From assembly GCA_035461345.1 (NCBI GenBank), contig DATHVJ010000187.1, forward strand, positions 1 to 55,032: a stretch of DNA of 55,032 bases. Reading direction: 5' to 3'. Positions 8,755 through 16,510 of the stretch are shown here, piece after piece (the first letter of the stretch is position 1; each line of letters opens with the position of its first letter). This DNA comes from Solirubrobacterales bacterium. GTDB taxonomy: Bacteria > Actinomycetota > Thermoleophilia > Solirubrobacterales > 70-9. Made by a program: the position numbers and the translations under genes. Under the pieces are notes generated by a model, which did no database searches, was not told where the DNA came from, and saw only the letters and a program-made list of their open reading frames with translations.

Positions 8755-10374
8755 TTACATCCCGGGCAGCGTGCTGGTGCGGCCGGGTCGCGCCCCGAGG
8801 TCGCCGCCCGGGAACCGGGCGCCGATCGTCTCCGCGTGACCGTCGCCGGGGGCTATCGCGGCGGCGTCCGGGACCTTCGGCGCGTAAAGCGTGACCAGCT
8901 CGTCGAACCCCTTCAGCGAGATCCTGGGCCGCCGCGCGAGCGGGATCGCGTGCTGCAGCCCCTCCGCGGTCGCCGCTGTGATCAGCACGTCGTCGCCCGT
9001 GCTGCGGGTCGCCGCCTCGGTGCGCGAGGCGACGTTGACGGGATCGCCGATGACACTGAAGTTCAGCCGGCCCGCCCCGCCGATGCTGCCCGCGACGACG
9101 CGGCCGGTGTTGACCCCGACCCCGATCCGGAACCCCTGCCCGTCGCCTGTGTTGACCCGTACGGCCATCTCGACCGCGGCGCGGACCGCGCGGTCGGCGT
9201 GATCGGGATACGGCTCCGGCGCCCCGAAGACGGCAAGCAACCCGTCGCCCTCGAACTTGTCCACGTGTCCGCCGTGCCGGGCCACGACCGGGACCACGGT
9301 CTCGAAGAGCTCATTCAAGCGCGCCACCACCTCGGTGGCGTTCGCCTGAGCGGCGAAGCGGGTGAAGTTCTCGACGTCGCAGAAGAGGATCGACACCTCG
9401 CGCTCGATCCCCTCCTCGACGAACCGCTCGCTGAGGATGTACTCGGCGACCTCCTTGTCGAGATAGGTCCCGAACGCCTCCCGCAGGCGCTCGCGCTCCC
9501 GCAGCCCGGCGACCATCTGGTTGAACGACGCCGCAAGCTCGCCGAGCTCGTCGCCCGAGATCACCGGCACGGTGACGTCGTAGCGACCCTCCCGGACCGC
9601 CTCCGTTGCCCGCTGGAGGTCGGCGATCGGGCGCAGGATCGACTTCGAGAGCAGGATCGTGAGCTCGAGCGAGATCGCGGTCGCAACCGCGACCGCGATC
9701 AGCACGTCGACGCCGATCTGCGCGGCCTCCCCTCCCTCGGAGGTGAGCGCGACGACGACGAGGCCGGTGATGATGTTGATCAGCGGCAGCGCCGCCATCA
9801 ACCGCATCCGCAGCGGCAGCGTCTCCGGCTCCGAGCGCAGCCGCGGGGAGACCTCGCGGTTGATGTCGAGCAGCACCGGGCGCATTCCCGCCTCGATCGC
9901 GAGGTAGTGCAGGATCGTCGCGTAGCCCACCGCGACTGCGGCGCCGATCAGGAACGGGAAGAAGCTGGTCCACGGGAGCGCGAGCAGCGCCACGGCCGCG
10001 GCGCAGGACGGGATCACGGTGAGCACCAGCGGCCACGGGAGATCGCGTCGCAACAGATCGAGCGGCAACCCGACGGCGGCGCTCCACGCGCGCGCGGTAT
10101 CTTCGGGGCCGCGAGCGCCGGCGATCCATCGCTGGATCGGTCGCAGGCGGCGGTAGGTGCGCATCATCGCGTAGCCGACGGCGAGCGCCGTCAGGGCCAG
10201 GACGACGACGAGGGCCTGAAGGAACTCGTCGGTGCTGGCGTCGTAGTAGAGGCTGATGAGGGCGACGGTCGCGGCGGTGACGACGAAGGCGGACTGAAGC
10301 TCGACCGTCATGAACGCCGCCGGATAGAAGCTCCCCAGCTTTCGATACAACCAGGTGAGTATCCGCAGCGACAT
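8755..10374 (-). CDS. membrane adenylate/guanylate cyclase with HAMP domain (class III)
   Basis: Multi-TM N-terminus. HAMP segment (ILRPIADLQRATEAVREGRYDVTVPVISGDELGELAASFNQMVAGL). Cyclase core (VSILFCDVENFTRF...HGGHVDKFEGDGLLAVFGAP...GVNTGRVVAGSIGG..NFSVIGDPVNVASR). Start is either ATG 10374 or upstream ATG 10416. Confidence 0.85.
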   Translation of the reverse strand: MSLRILTWLYRKLGSFYPAAFMTVELQSAFVVTAATVALISLYYDASTDEFLQALVVVLALTALAVGYAMMRTYRRLRPIQRWIAGARGPEDTARAWSAAVGLPLDLLRRDLPWPLVLTVIPSCAAAVALLALPWTSFFPFLIGAAVAVGYATILHYLAIEAGMRPVLLDINREVSPRLRSEPETLPLRMRLMAALPLINIITGLVVVALTSEGGEAAQIGVDVLIAVAVATAISLELTILLSKSILRPIADLQRATEAVREGRYDVTVPVISGDELGELAASFNQMVAGLRERERLREAFGTYLDKEVAEYILSERFVEEGIEREVSILFCDVENFTRFAAQANATEVVARLNELFETVVPVVARHGGHVDKFEGDGLLAVFGAPEPYPDHADRAVRAAVEMAVRVNTGDGQGFRIGVGVNTGRVVAGSIGGAGRLNFSVIGDPVNVASRTEAATRSTGDDVLITAATAEGLQHAIPLARRPRISLKGFDELVTLYAPKVPDAAAIAPGDGHAETIGARFPGGDLGARPGRTSTLPGM

Positions 10375-10569
10375 CGCACAGATTGTCCCGCACCGGGCGG
10401 TCCTCGCCGCCGCCATCTGCGCGATCGATCGCGATTCCAGCGGGCACCGTGTCCGGGGGCAGCATCTCCGTCGACGACTCGGTCGGCGGCTGCGAGCGAA
10501 GCGGCGGCGGTGCAGCGTGTGGGCCGGTACGGGGGAACGGCGTCTACACGGTGACGATCACGGCGTGGA

Positions 10570-11412
10570 GTGACGGCAAGCGGGTCAAGCGGGGTGCCGC
10601 CGGCGCCGGCGGGTAACGGGGGCTTTCCGGAGCCCCCCGCCGGCGAGCGGGCGCGCGAGGTCCTGTCCGCGCACCCGGCGTGCGGCGCCGAGACACGGGT
10701 TCGGCTCCCCGAGCGGCTCCCCGCGAGGGTGGTGCGGCGCGTGGTATGCGCCGGGTGCGGACAGACCTACGAAGCCGACCGGGTGCGGGCCGCCGGCCCG
10801 GCGGCGCCCGGCCCGGCGGCCCCACGGCCGCCCGGCTGGCTGGCGCGCCCGCCGGGGCGGCTGTGGCGCGTGATCGCGATCCCGATCGCGGCCGCCGCCG
10901 TGATCGCGACCCTGGTTCTCGCTCGCGACGTGACCGACGATGCCGCCACGACGCGGCCGGTGACGCCGGCCGAACCGACCGCGCGCGACGAGGCCCGGGT
11001 CGTGAGCGAGCCGACGTACACGCTCGCCCTTCCCCCCGGATGGAGGCAGGTCAACCCGCCCGCCGCAGCGAGCTTCGCGGCCGAGTCCTCGGACGGCACA
11101 GGGGAGGCGACGCTGTGGATCGAGGAAGACGCCGGGCTCGGCTTCGGCGCCTTCGAGCGTCGCTCTCTCGTGCGGCTCCGGGACCTGGCCGGCAGCGGCG
11201 AGGTCGCCGAGCGCTCCCCCGGTCCCGCCGCCGAGCAAACCGTGGTGCGGCTGACCGCCGGCGCACCCGGCGAGCGTCAGTACGAGGTCACGCTGCGGGC
11301 CGCAGGGCCGCACCGCTACTTCCTCTCCACCTCCCTCGAGCCCGCGGCATCGCCGCTCGCACGCGACGGTGTCGCCCTGATTCAGGGTTCCTTCCTCCCC
11401 GGCCGAGAATAG
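10570..11412 (+). CDS. hypothetical single-pass membrane protein with N-terminal HxxC...CxxC zinc-ribbon-like segment
   Basis: 280 aa. HPACGAETRV...VVCAGCGQTY, then a Pro-rich linker, a TM (LWRVIAIPIAAAAVIATLVLA) and an extracytoplasmic domain of about 170 aa. The start is uncertain. Confidence 0.5.
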   Translation: MTASGSSGVPPAPAGNGGFPEPPAGERAREVLSAHPACGAETRVRLPERLPARVVRRVVCAGCGQTYEADRVRAAGPAAPGPAAPRPPGWLARPPGRLWRVIAIPIAAAAVIATLVLARDVTDDAATTRPVTPAEPTARDEARVVSEPTYTLALPPGWRQVNPPAAASFAAESSDGTGEATLWIEEDAGLGFGAFERRSLVRLRDLAGSGEVAERSPGPAAEQTVVRLTAGAPGERQYEVTLRAAGPHRYFLSTSLEPAASPLARDGVALIQGSFLPGRE

Positions 11413-11553
11413 TGTCGGGACGGTGAATCGAACGCGCCCGCGCCGGCCGGCGAGCCGGAGCCGGATGCGAAGGGGAGCCCGCCGCGACGACCGACTCGGA
11501 GTGCGAGCCGCCGCAGCAGCCCGTACCCGAGCCCGTCCCGTAGGATCCGGGCG

Positions 11554-13047
11554 ATGGCAACCGCGACGGCAAAGTCGCTGTCCGAGCCGGCCCAGGAGTT
11601 CGTCGCCGCCGCGCCGCACGGTCACTGGATCGGCGGCGAGCAGGTCGCCTCGGCCGACGGGCACAGCTTCGAGACGATCGACCCGGCGACGGGGGAGCCG
11701 ATATGCGAGGTCGCACAGGGAGGGCCCGAGGACGTCGATCGGGCGGTGCGAGCGGCGCGCGAGGCGGCCGAGCCGTGGGCGCGGCTGAGCCCCTCGAAGC
11801 GCGCGGGCATGATGTATTCGCTCGCGGAGCTGATCAAGGCGAGTCTGCCCGAGCTCGCCGAGCTGGAGTCGCTCGACAACGGCAAGCCGCTCCCGTACGC
11901 GAAGGGGGACGTGGCCGCCGCGGTCAACCACATGCGCTACTACGCGGGCTGGCCGACGAAGATCGAGGGCGAGACGATCCCGGTCTCGACCCCGGACGTC
12001 CTCTGTTACACGCGCAAGGAGCCGGTCGGCGTGTGTGGCCAGATGATCCCGTGGAACTTCCCGCTGCTGATGGCGACGTGGAAGCTGGCGCCCGCGCTCG
12101 CCGCCGGGTGCACGGTGGTGCTGAAGCCGGCCGAGCAGACCCCGTTGACGGCGCTGCGCCTCGGCGCCCTCGTCAACGACGCCGGGATTCCCACGGGGGT
12201 CGTCAACATCCTCGCCGGCGACGGCGAGACCGGCGCCGCGATAGTCGACCACCCCGGCGTCGACAAGATCGCGTTCACCGGCTCGACCGAGGTCGGGCGC
12301 GAGATCGGCGCCAAGTGCGGGCGGACGCTGAAGCGGGCGACGCTCGAGCTTGGCGGGAAGTCGCCGAACATCATCCTTCCCGACGCCGACCTCGAGCGCG
12401 CGATCGCCGGCTCCTACGAGGCGATCTACTTCAACACCGGCCAGGCGTGCAACGCGGGCTCGCGGCTGTTCGTCCACAGCGACCAGTTCGACGAGGTCGT
12501 ATCGGGTCTCGCCGACGCCGCGAAACGGGCGAAGGTCGGGCCGGGTCTGGCCGAGGGAACCGAGCTCGGCCCGGTGATCTCGGCGGAGCAGCTCGACCGC
12601 GTGCTCGGCTACATCGACTCCGGCCGCGAGGCGGGCGCCGAGGTGGTCACGGGCGGCGGGCGCCTGGACGGCGCCGGCGCCGATGGCGGCGGCTACTTCG
12701 TCGAGCCCACCCTGTTCGCCGGCGTCTCCGACGAGATGGCGATCGCGCGCGAGGAGATCTTCGGCCCCGTCCTGGTGGCGATGCCCTACGACGACCTCGA
12801 GGAGGTCGCCCGGCGGGCGAACGACACCGACTACGGGCTCGCCGCCGGCGTGTGGACGCGCGACATCTCGAAGGCACACCGCCTGGCCGCGATGCTCGAG
12901 GCGGGGAACGTCTACATCAACGCCTGGGGCGGCGGCGACCCGGCCGCCCCGTTCGGCGGCTTCAAGTCGTCGGGGATCGGGCGCGAGAAGGGCCACGCCA
13001 ATCTCGACGCCTACCTCGAGCTGAAGACTGTCTGGACGAAGCTGTAG
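11554..13047 (+). CDS. NAD(P)-dependent aldehyde dehydrogenase
   Basis: 497 aa. Motifs VVLKPAEQTPLTAL, FTGSTEVGREI, ELGGKSPNII and catalytic-Cys region FNTGQACNAGSR. Confidence 0.9.
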   Translation: MATATAKSLSEPAQEFVAAAPHGHWIGGEQVASADGHSFETIDPATGEPICEVAQGGPEDVDRAVRAAREAAEPWARLSPSKRAGMMYSLAELIKASLPELAELESLDNGKPLPYAKGDVAAAVNHMRYYAGWPTKIEGETIPVSTPDVLCYTRKEPVGVCGQMIPWNFPLLMATWKLAPALAAGCTVVLKPAEQTPLTALRLGALVNDAGIPTGVVNILAGDGETGAAIVDHPGVDKIAFTGSTEVGREIGAKCGRTLKRATLELGGKSPNIILPDADLERAIAGSYEAIYFNTGQACNAGSRLFVHSDQFDEVVSGLADAAKRAKVGPGLAEGTELGPVISAEQLDRVLGYIDSGREAGAEVVTGGGRLDGAGADGGGYFVEPTLFAGVSDEMAIAREEIFGPVLVAMPYDDLEEVARRANDTDYGLAAGVWTRDISKAHRLAAMLEAGNVYINAWGGGDPAAPFGGFKSSGIGREKGHANLDAYLELKTVWTKL

Positions 13048-13057
13048 GCGCAAACGA

Positions 13058-13083
13058 AGGCCGCCGCCCGGGGGCCGGCGGCC
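13058..13083 (+). terminator. GC-rich stem-loop after the aldehyde dehydrogenase gene (aggccgccg ... cggcggcct)
   Basis: 9-bp inverted repeat read directly from the sequence, starting 11 nt after the stop codon. Confidence 0.45.
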
Positions 13084-13224
13084 TCGAGGAGGGCATTGCG
13101 CCCTTCCAGGCGTGGGATCGGCCGCAGCGGGGGACCTCGCCACCAACAGGCCGCTTTCGGACACCTGTTGGAAATCGGCCGCGATAATCACGCCCAGCAC
13201 ATCGATGCCAGGGCACAGCCCGAT

Positions 13225-13309
13225 GCCGGGGTGGTGGAACTGGTAGACACTCGCCGGCTTAAACCCGGTGGCCCGCAAGGGCGTGAGGGTTCGAATCCCT
13301 CCCCCGGTA
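13225..13309 (+). tRNA. tRNA-Leu (anticodon UAA), type II with long variable arm
   Basis: Hand-folded. Acceptor GCCGGGG/CCCCGGT (G1-U72 wobble). Anticodon loop CTTAAAC. Variable arm GGCCCGCAAGGGCGT. T-arm GAGGG-TTCGAAT-CCCTC. Discriminator A. CCA is not encoded. Confidence 0.85.
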
Positions 13310-13320
13310 CTTCTCATAAG

Positions 13321-13354
13321 GCGCCAGGTTCGCAAGCGAAACTTGGCGGTGGTC
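13321..13354 (+). repeat. REP-like palindromic repeat, copy A (core only, imperfect)
   Basis: gcgccaggttcgcaagcgaaacttggcggtggtc, 11 nt after the tRNA-Leu 3' end. It matches the cores at 28831, 38997 and 51563. Confidence 0.7.
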
Positions 13355-13485
13355 GTCACTCCGCATCTCCAGCGGCCTAGATGGTCTGCCGATATGAGAA
13401 TGGTGCCGAAACACCGGCGCTGTTACGGTGTTTCAACGGCGGGGGAGGCGCGCAGGAAGCGCATCCCTAAAGGCGCACTGCATCT

Positions 13486-14940
13486 TTGGAAGCCTCGGCA
13501 CTCACACACGCAAGCAGACGCGGCCTACTCGCGAGGCCGGCGCGGCTCCTGCGCCCGCAGAAGGACGAGCGGCTGATCGCGCTGATGCGGAACGGGCACG
13601 CGCGGGCGTTCGAGGTCCTGTTCGAGCGCTACAACGCGCGCCTGCTCGCGTTCTGCCAGCACATGGTCGGGTCGAGGGAGGACGCCGAGGACGTGCTCCA
13701 GGAGGTCTTCGTCGCCGCCCACAATGCGATCCTCGCCGACGAGCGGACGCTGAACGTCCGCCCGTGGCTGTACCGGATCGCGCGCAATCGCTGCCTCAAT
13801 CACCTGCGCAAGCCGGCGCCCGAGGGCCAGGACACGATGGACGTCCACCCGCACGAGAACGGCACCACCACCGCGGAGCGGGTCCAGAATCGTGAGGAGT
13901 TCCGACGCCTGCTGTCAGACGTGCAGACGTTGCCCGAGACGCAGCGCACCGCGCTGTTGCTGCGCGAGGTTGACGCGATGTCCTACGAGGAGATCGCGCA
14001 GGCGATGGACACCACCGTGCCGAGCGTCAAGTCGCTGCTCGTCCGCGCTCGGATCACGCTCGCGGAGTCTAGCCAGGCGCGACTTCTGACCTGCGGCGAG
14101 GTCCAGCTCGAGCTCGCCGAGGCCGCCGAGGGGCTGCGCAAGGTCTCCGGCCCCGTGCGCCAGCACGCGCGGTCGTGCGAGGGCTGCGCGGACTTTCGCT
14201 CCCAGCTTCGATCCGACAGCCGCGCGCTCGCGGCGGTGTTCCCGGTCGGGCCGCTGGTCGCGCTCAAGGAGCTCTTCGGCGCCAAGCTCGCGACGCTGCT
14301 CGGAGGCGGGTCCTCCGGCGGGGCCGCGGCGGGAGGCGGCGCGGCCGCAGGCGGTGCCACCGCCGGCGCCGGAGCGGCCACCGCCGGCGCCGGAGCGGCC
14401 ACCGCCGGCGCAGCCGCCAGTGGCGCGAGCGGGATCGGCGGCGCACTCGTCGGCGGCGTGGGCGCGAAGGCCGCCGCTGGCGTGGCCACGGCCGCCCTGC
14501 TGACGGCGGGCGCGGTCGAGGTCAAACAACAGTACGGCGGTGAGCGTTCCAGCCAGCGTGGCGTGGAGGTGCGCTCGGCGACCAGCCACGCCGGACCGTC
14601 GCACAGCGCTGCGTCGCGCGAAGCTGCGCGGGCGAAGCCGGCGGCCGAGGAGCCGGCGGTTCCCGAGCCGGCGCCGGCACCCCCAGCCGCGACCGACCAG
14701 GTCGAGCAGCCCGCGCCCGCCCCCGAGGCTCCCGTTGCCGATCCCGTTGCCGAGCAAGAGCCGGCGCCCCCGCCGGCGGACCCGGAGGCCGACGAGAGCA
14801 GCGCCGAGGCGGAGGCCGCGCCGCCCGCCGAGGTCGGCACCACGGACTCGATCGGCGTCACGGTGCCCGAGCCGACCGCCCCTCCCACGCTCACCCCCCC
14901 GGCAGACGAGCCGAAGCCGCCCGCGTCCCCGGAGTACTAG
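13486..14940 (+). CDS. ECF-type RNA polymerase sigma factor fused to a zinc-binding anti-sigma-like (HxxxCxxC) segment, Gly/Ala-rich TM region and Pro-rich C-terminal tail
   Basis: TTG start per the track. Region 2 (AEDVLQEVFVAAH...WLYRIARNRCLNHLRK). Region 4 (LPETQRTALLLREVDAMSYEEIAQAMDTTVPSVKSLLVRAR). Then HARSCEGC, a hydrophobic GIGGALVGGVGAKAAAGVATAALLTAGAV segment, and a PAPE-rich tail of about 130 aa. Confidence 0.8.
   Translation: MEASALTHASRRGLLARPARLLRPQKDERLIALMRNGHARAFEVLFERYNARLLAFCQHMVGSREDAEDVLQEVFVAAHNAILADERTLNVRPWLYRIARNRCLNHLRKPAPEGQDTMDVHPHENGTTTAERVQNREEFRRLLSDVQTLPETQRTALLLREVDAMSYEEIAQAMDTTVPSVKSLLVRARITLAESSQARLLTCGEVQLELAEAAEGLRKVSGPVRQHARSCEGCADFRSQLRSDSRALAAVFPVGPLVALKELFGAKLATLLGGGSSGGAAAGGGAAAGGATAGAGAATAGAGAATAGAAASGASGIGGALVGGVGAKAAAGVATAALLTAGAVEVKQQYGGERSSQRGVEVRSATSHAGPSHSAASREAARAKPAAEEPAVPEPAPAPPAATDQVEQPAPAPEAPVADPVAEQEPAPPPADPEADESSAEAEAAPPAEVGTTDSIGVTVPEPTAPPTLTPPADEPKPPASPEY
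14356..14411 (+). repeat. in-frame 21-nt tandem repeat (2.7 copies of gccaccgccggcgccggagcg) inside the sigma-factor gene
   Basis: Read directly from the sequence. It encodes the ATAGAGA repeats. Confidence 0.8.
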
Positions 14941-14941
14941 C

Positions 14942-15817
14942 CTACGCGGCGAGCCCGATCACCTTCAGCCGGCGCGACAGCGCCTGCGCCGCAAACGCGT
15001 GCGTCTCCTCCTTGGTGACCCCGAACAGGTCCCAGTTCTCGTCGTCGTCGGCCCACGGCGGGTCGAGCACCCCGTCGGCCACCGGGAGCGCCTCCTCGAG
15101 CATCCGCTGGATCGCGGCCCGGTACCTCTCGTCCTCGCGGGCCATGTCGGTCAAGAAGCGCGTGCCGAAGGCAATGTGGCGGTGCTCGTCGCGGGCCACC
15201 TTGGTGAATCCCTCCACGAACGCGGGCAGCGTCCCCTCACGCTCGTTGTAGTCGATGATGAAGTGCTGGCCGGTGAGGGCCAGCACTCCCTCGATGATCA
15301 TGTGGTACAGCGTGATCGCCTCGACGAGCTGCTCGGTGTCCTCGGGCTCGTCGGCGAGGCGGTCGACGCGCTGCTTGAGCATCTCGTCGAACAACCGCGT
15401 GAACGACTCGTTGACGTGCTCCTCCGTCCGCCGCAGCCGTTCGGCGACCCCGTCGGTTCCCTCGTACACGCCGACCTCCGAGTAGAAGCGATCGAAGAAG
15501 CGGACGTGACGGGCCTCGTCGGCGATCTGCGTCGACAGGAAGATCCGCTGCTCCTCGGTCGGCGCCGCACGCATGATCGGGCCGAGCTCGTCGGTGACCC
15601 GCTGCTCGCCGATGAAGAAGGCCGACAGCCCGTACATCCGCTGGAACCGCTCCTCTGGGTCGATCCGCTCGTGCCAGTCGACGCGATCCTGGCTGAAGTC
15701 GAGCTCCTGGGTGAGCCACTGCTGGCGCTCCCACAGGGAGTACAGCTCGCCGTAGTCGAGGAGCTGGGCGACACCGCGCCCCGAGTCCTCCTGAAGCGCG
15801 GGGTCTGACGTCGCCAT
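14942..15817 (-). CDS. ferritin-like di-metal carboxylate protein, ribonucleotide reductase R2 family; R2-like ligand-binding oxidase (R2lox)-type
   Basis: Metal-ligand helices FFIGEQRVTDE, ADEARHVRFF, MIIEGVLALTG and ARDEHRHIAFG. Phe occupies the position of the radical Tyr (H+4 in EARHVRFF). The ATG at 15817 has an AGGA 4 nt upstream. The alternative GTG is at 15868. Confidence 0.75.
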   Translation of the reverse strand: MATSDPALQEDSGRGVAQLLDYGELYSLWERQQWLTQELDFSQDRVDWHERIDPEERFQRMYGLSAFFIGEQRVTDELGPIMRAAPTEEQRIFLSTQIADEARHVRFFDRFYSEVGVYEGTDGVAERLRRTEEHVNESFTRLFDEMLKQRVDRLADEPEDTEQLVEAITLYHMIIEGVLALTGQHFIIDYNEREGTLPAFVEGFTKVARDEHRHIAFGTRFLTDMAREDERYRAAIQRMLEEALPVADGVLDPPWADDDENWDLFGVTKEETHAFAAQALSRRLKVIGLAA

Positions 15818-15906
15818 GAAGTCCTCGCGCGCCAGCCGCGACAGCGTCGCTGGGCTCTTCGCCTCCACTGCGGTAACCCTATCAATCGACTGGCTGACCA
15901 GCCAGC

Positions 15907-16501
15907 CTATGGAGCATACGTCTCCCCCGGCTTCAGGATCACGACCTCGGAGCTCGTCCGCGGGCTCGCCTCGACCTCTCGCTTGAACCGCTCGGGATCC
16001 GCCTCGATTGGCGGGAACGTGCCGTAGTGCATCGGGATCACGGTGTCGGCGTCGATCAGCTCGGCCGCGGTGACGGCGTCCTCCTGGTCCATCGTGTAGT
16101 GGCCGCCGATCGGGACGAGCGCGACGGTGATGGGCGTCCGCTCGGCGATCAGGCCGAGGTGCCGAACAGCGCCGTGTCGCCGAGGTGGTAGACGGTGGTG
16201 GGCCCGACGCCGATCACGAGCCCGGCCGAGATCCCGATCGCGCGGCCGTCCGGCAGCGTGTTGGTGTGGAACGCAGGCACGAGCTTGACCCACCCCCACT
16301 CGAGCTCGACCGTCCCGCCCAGGTTCGGGTCGGCCACATCCTCGACCCCCTGCTCCAACAGCCACCGCGCCAGCTCACAACGCGACGCACCTGGCGCCGG
16401 TCCGCTTCGCCACCTCGATCGTGTGACCGAGGTGATCGCCGGATCCGGGCGTCGCCGTCGACGATCTCGAAGCTGGCGTGGCCCAGGTACCGGACCTCCA
16501 C
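15907..16501 (-). pseudogene. decayed metal-dependent hydrolase gene (UPF0173 / metallo-beta-lactamase fold)
   Basis: Homology-like sequence is split over three frames. MEVRYLGHASFEIVDGDARI is in track ORF 16214..16501. GDHLGHTIEVAKRTGARCVA is seen only in my own translation of a shifted frame (not in the ORF track). ELARWLLEQGVEDVADPNLGGTVELEWGWVKLVPAFH...VYHLGDTALFG is in 16149..16358. LGLIAERTPITVALVPIGGHYTMDQEDAVTAAELIDADTVIPMHYGTFPPI is in the tail of 15907..16365. The LIDP...HGH segment expected between ARI and GDH is missing. Confidence 0.6.
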
Positions 16502-16510
16502 GGCGCCTGC

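Noticed and set aside
11413-11553. Possible riboswitch or leader upstream of the aldehyde dehydrogenase (long-range pairing cgggacgg ... ccgtcccg)
   Set aside because: It does not resemble any riboswitch consensus I can recall (glycine, guanidine, TPP and so on). In this GC-rich DNA, 8-nt complementarities are frequent. It would need covariation analysis.
10585-13359. 924-aa minus-strand ORF spanning the hypothetical gene, the aldehyde dehydrogenase and the tRNA region
   Set aside because: It is antisense to two genes with clear family motifs. It runs through a tRNA and an intergenic repeat. Its translation is Arg/Pro/Gly/Ala-dominated, typical of wrong-frame ORFs in high-GC DNA.
13225-13485. 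tRNA-Leu as an integration site for a genomic island or prophage
   Set aside because: No integrase, excisionase or phage gene lies nearby. I could not find a direct repeat of the tRNA 3' end elsewhere in the window. The genes downstream are ordinary.
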